A stretch of DNA of 64,000 bases from Leptospira sp. (lineage in GTDB: Bacteria; Spirochaetota; Leptospiria; Leptospirales; Leptospiraceae). This document shows, piece by piece, positions 39,465 to 48,539 of the stretch (its first letter is position 1; the number at the start of each line of letters is the position of its first letter). The stretch lies in assembly GCA_034439575.1 (NCBI GenBank), contig JAWXAQ010000033.1:128001-192000 (forward strand), given 5' to 3'. Below the pieces are notes generated by a model. The model was not told the DNA's origin, made no database searches, and saw only the letters and a program-made list of their open reading frames with translations. A program made the translations under genes and the position numbers.

Positions 39465-40891
39465 AACTGAAAGTAAACGAAAGGACTAGATACAGCGACG
39501 CTATAAATTAGAAAAGCTGTTACATACATTATCGAACAAATAGTGTAAAGTATCAGTGGACGCTCCATGATAAAATCAAAAGCGTCCTCTTTGTTATTTT
39601 GGACTATATCCACAAAAAATAAAAATCCTATCACACCTATCAATTCAATCGGAACTGTGATACCTTTTCCTTCAGTAAATGCAAATGCTTGGCCAAGCAT
39701 TTGAAAGGAAACATTGATTCCAAGAGGGATGGATTCTGTTGGTCTGGCGCGAAAGAAAAAGATAGCTATAAGAAATATGGAAAGGGGATAAATCGGTTGT
39801 AGCCATCGAGGGACTTTTTCCCAAGCATCTCGCATAACTTTAAATTTAAAAACAAATTTTTCTACAACCATCATAAAGGCGTGAGTGGCTCCCCAGAGAA
39901 CATAAGTCCAATCTGCACCATGCCAAATTCCAGAAACAAAGGTTGTAATAAATAAATTGATAAAAGAGAAAAGTTCGCCCCTGCGATTTCCGCCAAGAGA
40001 GATATAAACATAATCTCTTAACCAAGAAGAAAAAGATATATGCCAGCGTCGCCAAAGTTCCGTTAAGGTTCCTGAAAGGTAGGGCCTGTCAAAATTTTTA
40101 GGAATATGAAATCCTAAAATTCGACCCGTCCCAATGGCAATGTCCGAATAACCTGAGAAGTCACAATAAATTTGAACTCCAAAAAGTATAGCCGCTATCC
40201 ATAAAGTAGAGCCACTATAAATAGTGGGATCGGCAAATATTGGATCTATAATCGCTGTTATAGGATCAGCAATAAAAGTTTTTTTGAATACACCCCAGAA
40301 AAATTGTTTGAGACCTTTGTTTAGATTGTCTTTTTGGAACTCTTTCGGCTCTAAAAATTGGTGCAATACATCACTGGCACGTAATATCGGGCCTGCAACT
40401 AATTGTGGAAAAAATGCCAAAAATAAACCAAAGTGAAAAATTGACTTCGCTGGTTTGACTACACCCCTGTAAACATCTACTGCATAGGAAACTGCTTGGA
40501 GTGTAAAAAAACTAATGCCCATAGGTAGGATTACTCCCACCAAAGGGATGTAATTCGGATCACAAACTTCTCGCCCTAAAAAAAGATTGATGGATGCGAT
40601 CGAGAAATCCAAATATTTGAATGCAAAAAGTAATCCAAGATTTCCCCAGATAGAAACGGAAAGCCAAAAGAATTTTAGATTTTGTTTATCCGTTTTTTCC
40701 ATCGCATCGACAGCAAGTTTAGTTAATACGAAGGAAAAGATGAGTAAGATTAAAAATGGAATTTTAAAAATGGCATAAAAATATAAACTAACAAGAAATA
40801 GGAGGATTCCTTGAAATCTTTTTGGTATTGTAAAGTATAATAGAATGACTATTGGAGCAAAAATAAAGTAATGCGTTGAATTAAATAACAC
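39461..40891 (-). CDS. MBOAT family O-acyltransferase (AlgI/PatA/DltB-like)
   Basis: MLFNS, LPMGISFFT, FFPQLVAGPI, YCDFSGYSD, WRRWHIS, GIWHGA and C-terminal FVYFQF. Confidence 0.93.
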   Translation of the reverse strand: MLFNSTHYFIFAPIVILLYFTIPKRFQGILLFLVSLYFYAIFKIPFLILLIFSFVLTKLAVDAMEKTDKQNLKFFWLSVSIWGNLGLLFAFKYLDFSIASINLFLGREVCDPNYIPLVGVILPMGISFFTLQAVSYAVDVYRGVVKPAKSIFHFGLFLAFFPQLVAGPILRASDVLHQFLEPKEFQKDNLNKGLKQFFWGVFKKTFIADPITAIIDPIFADPTIYSGSTLWIAAILFGVQIYCDFSGYSDIAIGTGRILGFHIPKNFDRPYLSGTLTELWRRWHISFSSWLRDYVYISLGGNRRGELFSFINLFITTFVSGIWHGADWTYVLWGATHAFMMVVEKFVFKFKVMRDAWEKVPRWLQPIYPLSIFLIAIFFFRARPTESIPLGINVSFQMLGQAFAFTEGKGITVPIELIGVIGFLFFVDIVQNNKEDAFDFIMERPLILYTICSIMYVTAFLIYSVAVSSPFVYFQF

Positions 40892-42139
40892 TTAGTTTTC
40901 TGCTCCAAGTTCTTTTTTTATAGAATCGGCCACCCATTGATTTCCTAACTTTGTTAGATGTCCATCGCCTGGAATAAAATAATCTCTTATTTTTGTTTTA
41001 AAAGATTTATCATTTATGACCGTATCTGTTCCGCACATACTTTTGGTATATTTGGTTAGATCAATAAGTGGAACACCTTTTGATTCCCAATACTTTTTAG
41101 CACGTATTGCATAATTACCAAGAGGATGATATTTTCCATTTAGATAACAATAAATTTCTTCGACTTGCACGGGTATGGCGACGGGTCTCAATCTGAAATT
41201 GTGTTTTTTGCTAAGCTCCAACATCTTTTCGTAAGCGCCAATGGTCGTCGGAGTTAATTCTGGTAAGGTGTTCGGATTTGGAGCTTTGTCCAAACAGGTA
41301 AATTCATTTGTCGGAATCGGTTCTGGACAGATATGAGGATCAATATATGTATCCCCCTTACACTTTTTCTTATGAACCGTAAAAAAGAATGTATCATGTA
41401 AATATTCTAAAGGAGAAAAAATAGCCGAAGTAATTTCCTTTTTCCCTGCCAATTTATTTTGCGCCCAAATAATGACTGTTTGTTCATACGCTAACTTTAA
41501 TGCTTGTAAGAAAAAAGATATACGTGTGGCTTCAAACTGGAGTTTAAAGTTTTGTTTCCAATTCGGGTCATTTTCATGAATGGCATCCAGTTCATCATCT
41601 GGCAAAATGCCTTGATTTCTTAATACTTCTGGCATGGCAAAATCATTGGGCGAAATAAAGAATAAAACCTCTCTAACATTCGTTACTTTTTGCGAAATGT
41701 CTTCCAGCCTTTTGGCATCTCCCAGTGAACCATAGGCGTCCACACCTAAATTTAAAGTTTGATATGTTGTGCCTTGGATAGAAACACCATTTAACAAAGA
41801 ACAAAATGTTTCTTGATCAGAGACCCCAAAACCCATAACCATACTATCCCCAAGACAGAAAATCTTATAAGTTGCGGGATTTGGTTCTTCTAGTCCTCTT
41901 AAGCCCAGTGAATTTGTCGTAAATTGACCTTCCCATAAGCCTGCATGGTGTTTTACAAATCGACTCTCGTTTGCTTGCAGAGTCACGCCGTAGTCTTTGT
42001 GATAGGCATGAAGAAGTTTTACATCCCTATAATATTGTAATGAAGGAGGATTGAGGATTCGTAATGTGAATTCTACGCCTGCGATGGTGATTAGAAAAAA
42101 TAGTCCAAGAAAAACTATTTTTCGCAAAAACAACTTCAT
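40892..42139 (-). CDS. SGNH/GDSL-like periplasmic esterase/acyltransferase, partner of the MBOAT
   Basis: N-terminal TM anchor, TNSLGLRG, LGDSMVMG, NLGVDAYG, PND and DGHLT; abuts the MBOAT start. Confidence 0.85.
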   Translation of the reverse strand: MKLFLRKIVFLGLFFLITIAGVEFTLRILNPPSLQYYRDVKLLHAYHKDYGVTLQANESRFVKHHAGLWEGQFTTNSLGLRGLEEPNPATYKIFCLGDSMVMGFGVSDQETFCSLLNGVSIQGTTYQTLNLGVDAYGSLGDAKRLEDISQKVTNVREVLFFISPNDFAMPEVLRNQGILPDDELDAIHENDPNWKQNFKLQFEATRISFFLQALKLAYEQTVIIWAQNKLAGKKEITSAIFSPLEYLHDTFFFTVHKKKCKGDTYIDPHICPEPIPTNEFTCLDKAPNPNTLPELTPTTIGAYEKMLELSKKHNFRLRPVAIPVQVEEIYCYLNGKYHPLGNYAIRAKKYWESKGVPLIDLTKYTKSMCGTDTVINDKSFKTKIRDYFIPGDGHLTKLGNQWVADSIKKELGAEN

Positions 42140-42205
42140 CCTTCTAAATTTTTAGAATTCGCTAGAGAAGCAAGCATTTAGAGAGATATGTAAGAGTTTT
42201 GAAAT

Positions 42206-42886
42206 CTATAAAATCTTTTCTATGAGCAAATAGAAAAAAGAAAGGTTTCCTAAATATTGAATCATAATAAGGAAACCAATACCAATTTGAATGATATAAG
42301 GACTTCCAGAAAAACCTTGGTAGGCGAGATAAGAAACTATACCAAGTATGATTTCTGGTATCAGTACATAGATTGCCATTCCAGAAAAACTTTTTACATT
42401 TTGTGCATACCACGAGCCCAAAGAACTAGAATACGCTTCCGCAATTCCAAAAATAAGTAGGGAAAAAATTCCCACCCAAAGGCAAGTCCCGATAATCGAA
42501 ACTGATCTTTCTTCCAATTTAATCCCTGTATAAACAAGAATAAACAAGGGGATCGACCATAATCCAGCCATATATCCCGACACAGTGCCAATTTTGAAAA
42601 ATCCATCTTCAGGAAAAACTAACACCTTTAATACGGATGACAAAAACCAATCGGGAAAAACCATAAGAACTGATAAAGGAAGCAAAAATTTCCAAATCCG
42701 AAAGGGTGCATAAAATCTAAATATTTTTGCGACGGCTACGAATGTTATATGATAAAAAATGGTTAGATAAAATAATTTCCAGCCCTGCGAAAATTCAGAA
42801 AATCGTAAAAACAGAAAGGCAATGAGGGAATAAAAAGCAAAGTAACAGGCTAGGAGAGATTCTTCTAGAAAAATGAACTTTTTCAT
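42206..42886 (-). CDS. Integral membrane hypothetical protein
   Basis: 226 aa with ~7 hydrophobic segments and a FPDWFLS motif. Confidence 0.7.
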   Translation of the reverse strand: MKKFIFLEESLLACYFAFYSLIAFLFLRFSEFSQGWKLFYLTIFYHITFVAVAKIFRFYAPFRIWKFLLPLSVLMVFPDWFLSSVLKVLVFPEDGFFKIGTVSGYMAGLWSIPLFILVYTGIKLEERSVSIIGTCLWVGIFSLLIFGIAEAYSSSLGSWYAQNVKSFSGMAIYVLIPEIILGIVSYLAYQGFSGSPYIIQIGIGFLIMIQYLGNLSFFYLLIEKIL

Positions 42887-43032
42887 ATATCACCACGAAA
42901 TCTAAAATTGAATCTCCGAAAATCAATCTAATTTATTAAGCGGAATATTAAAATTTAGCTCTTCGTTTAAGTTTAGATAAAACTAAGGATTTATGGATTT
43001 AGTATAATTCTTAAGGAAGTCTAATGCGCGTC

Positions 43033-43110
<78 letters not shown>

Positions 43111-43124
43111 AACGTAGTACCAAT

Positions 43125-44432
43125 TCACCACGATAGCCTTTGGCGTAAAGTCGGTTTTGCCCTATGGTCGAAGTGACGAAAGTATTTAAAAAACGTATCT
43201 TCTAAATTAAACTTGTTTTTGTTCTCTTTTTTGCCAATGAGTACCAACCGATCTTTAGCGCGAGAAATTCCGACATAGAGAATTCTGCGTTCTTCTTCCA
43301 AATTTTGGATGTTTGCCTGTTCTGGAAGATTCCATCCCGAACTTAAATCAAGGATCACTGTCCCAAATTCCAAGCCCTTGGCGGCATGAATGGTCATAAT
43401 TTGATTTGGTTCTATACCAATATCAATCCATTCCTTTTTACGAAAATTTGACCTAACGAGTATTATAGAATCCGAATCAGTTTCAAACAATGATTTTAAG
43501 ATTGGTAATAAGGACTTCCGATCAGACTTTGGGTTTTCTAATACATACTTTTGAAAAGAGGTTTCGCCCAAACGAAATGCCCTGACATCCTTTTCTATCT
43601 TTCGTTTATTTTTAACTAAGGCTAAAGTGGATAATTCAATAATACCCTTCAGAGAACGATAGTTTGTTGATAAGGTAAATTGTTTTGTCTTTGGAAAATA
43701 CTTTGGAAAAGTTAAAAATGGTTCTGGTGTCGCTCCCCTGAATCCATATATGGCTTGCCAATCATCGCCTACGATTGTTATATTTTCCGGATCCATAAAC
43801 TTTAAGATATTTAATTGGGAAAAATCAGTATCTTGAAATTCATCTACGATAATATGATCAAACCTTTCTTTAAGGTTACGAGTCCAAGAAACCTTGGCGC
43901 TTAAATTTTCTTCTACTATTCGAGGTAAATCTTCAAATTCAAATTTATGAATTTTGTTTTTCCACTCTTCCAATGCTTTTGCATAGGAAGAATAAATTTC
44001 AGGATATTCTTTCCTAAAGAAAAAAGAATCTTTTTGGAATAATACAGGGAAGGGTATGCCTCCGATTTGAAATTTATAATTTTGAAGAAAATCAATAGAA
44101 AACTTTTCTTTTTCCTCTGAACTCAATATCTTCATCGGATTCGTTTTGTAATAGGGATGGAATTCCAAAATCGATCGAAAACAAAATGCATGAAACGTAG
44201 AGACATTATAATTTTTTGATAATGAATTCTTCTCTATTCTATGTTTAAATTCATCTGTAGCTTTGTTTGTAAATGTAACAACTAAGGTGCGATCTGGAGC
44301 GATTTTTCCTTTGTTCTCGGATTCACGCAAAAGTCCTATCATCGTAGCCGTTTTTCCTGAACCTGCAGCAGCTATAATCTGTTTGTGGCTATGGGTAGAT
44401 TCGATAATAGTTAATTGTTCCTCATTCCACAC
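43125..44432 (-). CDS. Compact UvrD/Rep/PcrA-family SF1A helicase
   Basis: AAAGSGKT, TFTNKA, TFHAF, VDEFQD, VGDDWQAIYGFRGA, NYRS, TIHAAKGLEF and EERRILYVGISRA in only 435 aa. Confidence 0.92.
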   Translation of the reverse strand: MWNEEQLTIIESTHSHKQIIAAAGSGKTATMIGLLRESENKGKIAPDRTLVVTFTNKATDEFKHRIEKNSLSKNYNVSTFHAFCFRSILEFHPYYKTNPMKILSSEEKEKFSIDFLQNYKFQIGGIPFPVLFQKDSFFFRKEYPEIYSSYAKALEEWKNKIHKFEFEDLPRIVEENLSAKVSWTRNLKERFDHIIVDEFQDTDFSQLNILKFMDPENITIVGDDWQAIYGFRGATPEPFLTFPKYFPKTKQFTLSTNYRSLKGIIELSTLALVKNKRKIEKDVRAFRLGETSFQKYVLENPKSDRKSLLPILKSLFETDSDSIILVRSNFRKKEWIDIGIEPNQIMTIHAAKGLEFGTVILDLSSGWNLPEQANIQNLEEERRILYVGISRAKDRLVLIGKKENKNKFNLEDTFFKYFRHFDHRAKPTLRQRLSW

Positions 44433-44481
44433 ATAGACAAAGGTCTATGAATTTAGAAATTGGATAAAAAAATAAGTAAAT

Positions 44482-46020
44482 TTATTTTTGACGTTTCTCT
44501 AAATTGATTATGGCTTCTCTTTTTTTGATAGAAAGACGCAAGTATTCAATCGCAGTTTTATCAGTCGGATCTATCAATAGTACTTTTTCAAATTGATGGA
44601 TAGCTTCATCATAATTTCTATTTTGGTATTCTTCGATGCCATTTTGAGAAAGTGCTGAAATTTGATGATGTTCCTTTTTTCTTAAAGAATCTAATTCTGC
44701 CTTCGAATTTGTGTTTTGTGGAAATGTGTGCAATGAATCCAAATAGGCACGTATAGAATCAAATATATTTCCTTGGTTTCGATAGGTATTTGCCTTACTT
44801 CGTTCTTTTTCACTTTGATAGATCAGTGAATTTTGAATCCCTTCCTTTGCAATTGTTAGATTGGGATTGATACTAAGAGCCTTTTGAAATTCTAATTTCG
44901 CTACCGTATAATTTCCAGAATCAAAATTTGATTTTGCCTTAGCTAAAATATCTTTTATTTTTGAACCTGATAATTTTTCTAAAGCCAATTGTTGGTAAGC
45001 TAATGCCGTTTGATTTGTGGGATCATCTTTTAGTATATTATCAAAAACAGCCTTACTAGATTTCCACTTCTCTTCGTTTAACAATTGCAATCCGATTGAA
45101 AAAAGTTTACTTTTTTTGGCTCTTTCTGAAATCGCTTTCGGGATTGAGATATTTGACTCTTTAGCAAAATTTTCATTTAACAAAAAGTTGAAATGTTTTG
45201 GAAGATGAACCCCTTCATTTTCGCAAGTTGATTTCATACTTAGTATGGAATTTACTATCTCGCCAGTCTCGATACCTATTTTTGTATAATCTGCACTGAT
45301 TCCAAACGTAGCACCAGATTTAACTAAAGCAGGAAAGGAACTCATTAGAATAATCGAATTTTCTTTACTAAATTTTGATATAACTTCAAAATTTTCCGCA
45401 TTATAAAGTGGATCTGAAGGAATGTACAATGCATCTGGCAATTTTGTAATATCTTTTAAATCTTTCAGAAAGGAATCCGATGATGACTTTTTTTTCTTAA
45501 AATACATTTTGTTTTTTAGATCAAAATGTTCGCCTTCTTCTGAAGAAAATTCTCCTTCTATATTCGAGTAAAAAGAATAAATGATTTTTGATTTAGGATT
45601 TATATCTTTTAAAGTGATAAAAAAAGATTCCAATGGCACATCCATACTAACGCCACATAAACGGGAAGACTCAAGGTCAAGACCTTTGGGAAAGGAAACC
45701 ATAGAAAAAACGATAGGAATTTTGTGAGTATTTTCCTCTGCAATCCTAGTTGCTCCTTTTCCGATTGTAATAATAAGAGGGATTCCTTTATTTTCTAATT
45801 CTTGAAAGTACGTCGCGGGTGAATCATACTCAGCTAATATTATATCCAAATAATTTACATGAATCTCTCGATTAATGCTCGTTTGTATTCCGAATAGGGC
45901 TTGTTCGTAAATTGAGTTGTCAGAAGTTAATAGAATTTCAATTGGTTTATTTGCGTCGGATAAAAGTTTTGAAACATTGAATGATATGAAAAGGCCTAGA
46001 AAAACAATTGTTTTAAGCAT
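44482..46020 (-). CDS. Exported ABC-type substrate-binding-like domain fused to TPR repeats
   Basis: Signal peptide, then IITIG, IPIVFSMV, DALYIPSD, ADYTKIG and LLNENFAK (ABC_sub_bind-like), followed by several TPR motifs such as AIHQFEKVLLIDP. Confidence 0.75.
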   Translation of the reverse strand: MLKTIVFLGLFISFNVSKLLSDANKPIEILLTSDNSIYEQALFGIQTSINREIHVNYLDIILAEYDSPATYFQELENKGIPLIITIGKGATRIAEENTHKIPIVFSMVSFPKGLDLESSRLCGVSMDVPLESFFITLKDINPKSKIIYSFYSNIEGEFSSEEGEHFDLKNKMYFKKKKSSSDSFLKDLKDITKLPDALYIPSDPLYNAENFEVISKFSKENSIILMSSFPALVKSGATFGISADYTKIGIETGEIVNSILSMKSTCENEGVHLPKHFNFLLNENFAKESNISIPKAISERAKKSKLFSIGLQLLNEEKWKSSKAVFDNILKDDPTNQTALAYQQLALEKLSGSKIKDILAKAKSNFDSGNYTVAKLEFQKALSINPNLTIAKEGIQNSLIYQSEKERSKANTYRNQGNIFDSIRAYLDSLHTFPQNTNSKAELDSLRKKEHHQISALSQNGIEEYQNRNYDEAIHQFEKVLLIDPTDKTAIEYLRLSIKKREAIINLEKRQK

Positions 46021-48491
46021 TATTTTGCCCTTCCTGTTTTAGATTTTTCCCTTTCTATGGATTCAATTCTTTTGATTGCTTGTTTGAATTTTGGATCTAA
46101 GGCTAAACATTTTTGCCATTTCTCTATGGCTTTTGTTTGGTCCTCTAATAGAAAATATACATTGCCGATTTGGTAGATATTATCTATGTCTTTAGGATCA
46201 AGAACTTCTGCTTTTAGATAGTATTTTAAGGATTCTGAATATTTTTTTAATCTGAATAGTCGATCTCCTATTTGAATGGCTTCCATTTTTTGGTCATCTG
46301 GGCTTTTTCTCGAAATCTCACCAAATTGAAGTTCTGCGTCAATTATGGAATTGTTTTTGGAATTCAGAGTATTTAATATTTCTTTGGCCCGTGCGTGATT
46401 AGGATTAATTAGAAATACTTTTTCTATGACTGTTTTCGCCCTTACAAAAATTCCTAAATCAATATGAATTTCCGCCAAATTGATAAGATTTGGAATGTGA
46501 TTTGGGTCACGAAGTAATAGTCGCTCTCCGAAATCTGCCGCTTCCGCCTTTTTACCCCAGTAGAGGAATGCCTTTGACACCTGAAAGATAGCATCATTAT
46601 CAATAGGATTGAGGCTTAAATATTGCGTATAACATTCTATAGCTTTGTCCCATTGTTTGATTTCCATATATCCTTGGCCAAGAAGATTTAAGAGTGCTGG
46701 AAATGGTTTTTTATTTGATAGAATTTTATTTAAATAAGTAATCGCATCTTTGGTTTTGCCTGATTCTATTAGGGAATGGCCATGTTCAATTGTCGAATTT
46801 TGTTCGTTAGTTGGAATGGTATCTTTGATATAATTGATTGGTTCATCAAAAGAAATTTTTATTAATGAAATATCATCATATAATTTTCCAAACATTTTTA
46901 TCTTTTCTAAAATACTTTTTAAATCGCCTTTTCCTTCTTCTACTCTTTTTAGAAATTGATTTCCGTCTTCATTAATCATTTCTATATTTTCATCATAACC
47001 GATAATCAAATCATCTCGACCATCTGAGCCTGTTATGATTTGATCCCCTGGGTACAATTGAAAAGTTTTGATAAAAAAACGATTTTCTTGTCCTGGAGTT
47101 CCAATTTTACATAAATCAACATTGCCTTCTAAAAAACTAGCTTTACCATCTCTATACAATACCGTCCAAGGATGTTCGGCATTCATATAATACAGAAGCC
47201 CCGTTTCATTTTCTACAAGACCTATACATACAGAAATGTACATGGTCCCGTCAAATGACAAAAATACATTTTGTAAATCCAAGAATCTTTCTTTCAGCCA
47301 TGTTTCTGGAAATAACAAAGTTTGTGCATAGGTTCTCGAACGAATGAGTCCAGCGTTGAATACAACACCTAAGGCAAGTGCGCCGCCAGCACCTTGGATA
47401 GACTTGCCCATAGCATCAGCATTCAAAAAAACTGTATAATTTTTATCCCTTAATTTGATCGTATCGGTGATACAGATGTCTCCACCAATTTGTGATTCCC
47501 AACTTCGAAACGAAAATTTCTTTTTTTGTTCGGTTATGAATTCGGTTTTTACATTTTTTGAAAAGTTATTGTTAGATGACAGAGGTTCAAGTAATAGCGA
47601 TGTGAGATAATAATCTCCGTCTTGTGCTTCCTTTAATGCCTTAACTTCTTCCAAACTTTGATTCAATTCGTCAGTTCTTTCTAATACTTTTTTCTCAAGA
47701 TGCTGAGTGAAATCTTGAATTTTTTCCCCCATTAAATTGAAAGCATGTGCCAATTGACCGATTTCATCTTTTCCTTTAAGGTTAATTCTGTGACTAAAAT
47801 CTCCCGTTCCCAGTTTTTGTGCCCCTTCATTTAATACTTGTAAGGGTAGGGACAATGATATGGAAAGAAATAGAGCGATGCCTATTCCTATAACAAAGAG
47901 GATGGCCGCAGAAAAGAATATAGAATTTCTCAAATCAACAATCGGAGAAAAAATTTCATCAGAGTTAAATTCAAAAACAGCAGTACCAATGCGCATATTT
48001 TTATCCCGATATTTAATATATATGGGATAGGCAAATTCTAGTATGGATCCAAATTCATGTTTGATTTCTCGTGAGGTAAGGCTTGTTAAATTTGAAAAAT
48101 ATTCAAAATTTCCATTGGAAACTATTTGGTCCTTATTTTGTGAATTGAGGCGTGCGACGATATTGCCATCTAGATTAATAATGTATGTGTCTTTTAAGGC
48201 ACGAACATTAGAATCTTTTAATTTTGTCAAAGCAGAATTTGTGGCTTCAAAAGTATCACCAACTAACAACTCATCATCTGCAATTTTTGCTATGTTATTT
48301 GCTATGTTTCGACAAACTTCATATGTTTTTTCAATTACTATACCTTTGTTTTTGAAATATACAATTGTGGAAAGTGGGATGACACAGAGGACAACGATAC
48401 CTGATACCAAGAGCACCATCTTCGTTCGGAGTTTCGTATTCTCGAGTAGATGAAAGTGAGACTTCTCCATGCCTATGATCCGACCAATCAT
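46020..48491 (-). CDS. Membrane sensor PP2C/SpoIIE-family Ser/Thr phosphatase with periplasmic domain, HAMP and C-terminal TPRs
   Basis: Two TM segments, HAMP (DEIGQLAHAFNLM), GGD, DAMGKS, NAEHP, SDG and DDISL motifs, TPR tail. Start 48491 or 48470. Confidence 0.88.
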   Translation of the reverse strand: MIGRIIGMEKSHFHLLENTKLRTKMVLLVSGIVVLCVIPLSTIVYFKNKGIVIEKTYEVCRNIANNIAKIADDELLVGDTFEATNSALTKLKDSNVRALKDTYIINLDGNIVARLNSQNKDQIVSNGNFEYFSNLTSLTSREIKHEFGSILEFAYPIYIKYRDKNMRIGTAVFEFNSDEIFSPIVDLRNSIFFSAAILFVIGIGIALFLSISLSLPLQVLNEGAQKLGTGDFSHRINLKGKDEIGQLAHAFNLMGEKIQDFTQHLEKKVLERTDELNQSLEEVKALKEAQDGDYYLTSLLLEPLSSNNNFSKNVKTEFITEQKKKFSFRSWESQIGGDICITDTIKLRDKNYTVFLNADAMGKSIQGAGGALALGVVFNAGLIRSRTYAQTLLFPETWLKERFLDLQNVFLSFDGTMYISVCIGLVENETGLLYYMNAEHPWTVLYRDGKASFLEGNVDLCKIGTPGQENRFFIKTFQLYPGDQIITGSDGRDDLIIGYDENIEMINEDGNQFLKRVEEGKGDLKSILEKIKMFGKLYDDISLIKISFDEPINYIKDTIPTNEQNSTIEHGHSLIESGKTKDAITYLNKILSNKKPFPALLNLLGQGYMEIKQWDKAIECYTQYLSLNPIDNDAIFQVSKAFLYWGKKAEAADFGERLLLRDPNHIPNLINLAEIHIDLGIFVRAKTVIEKVFLINPNHARAKEILNTLNSKNNSIIDAELQFGEISRKSPDDQKMEAIQIGDRLFRLKKYSESLKYYLKAEVLDPKDIDNIYQIGNVYFLLEDQTKAIEKWQKCLALDPKFKQAIKRIESIEREKSKTGRAK

Positions 48492-48539
48492 TGAATCCGT
48501 AAAAGTTAAGTTGTAAAGGAAAAAAGAGTAAAGGGAAAA

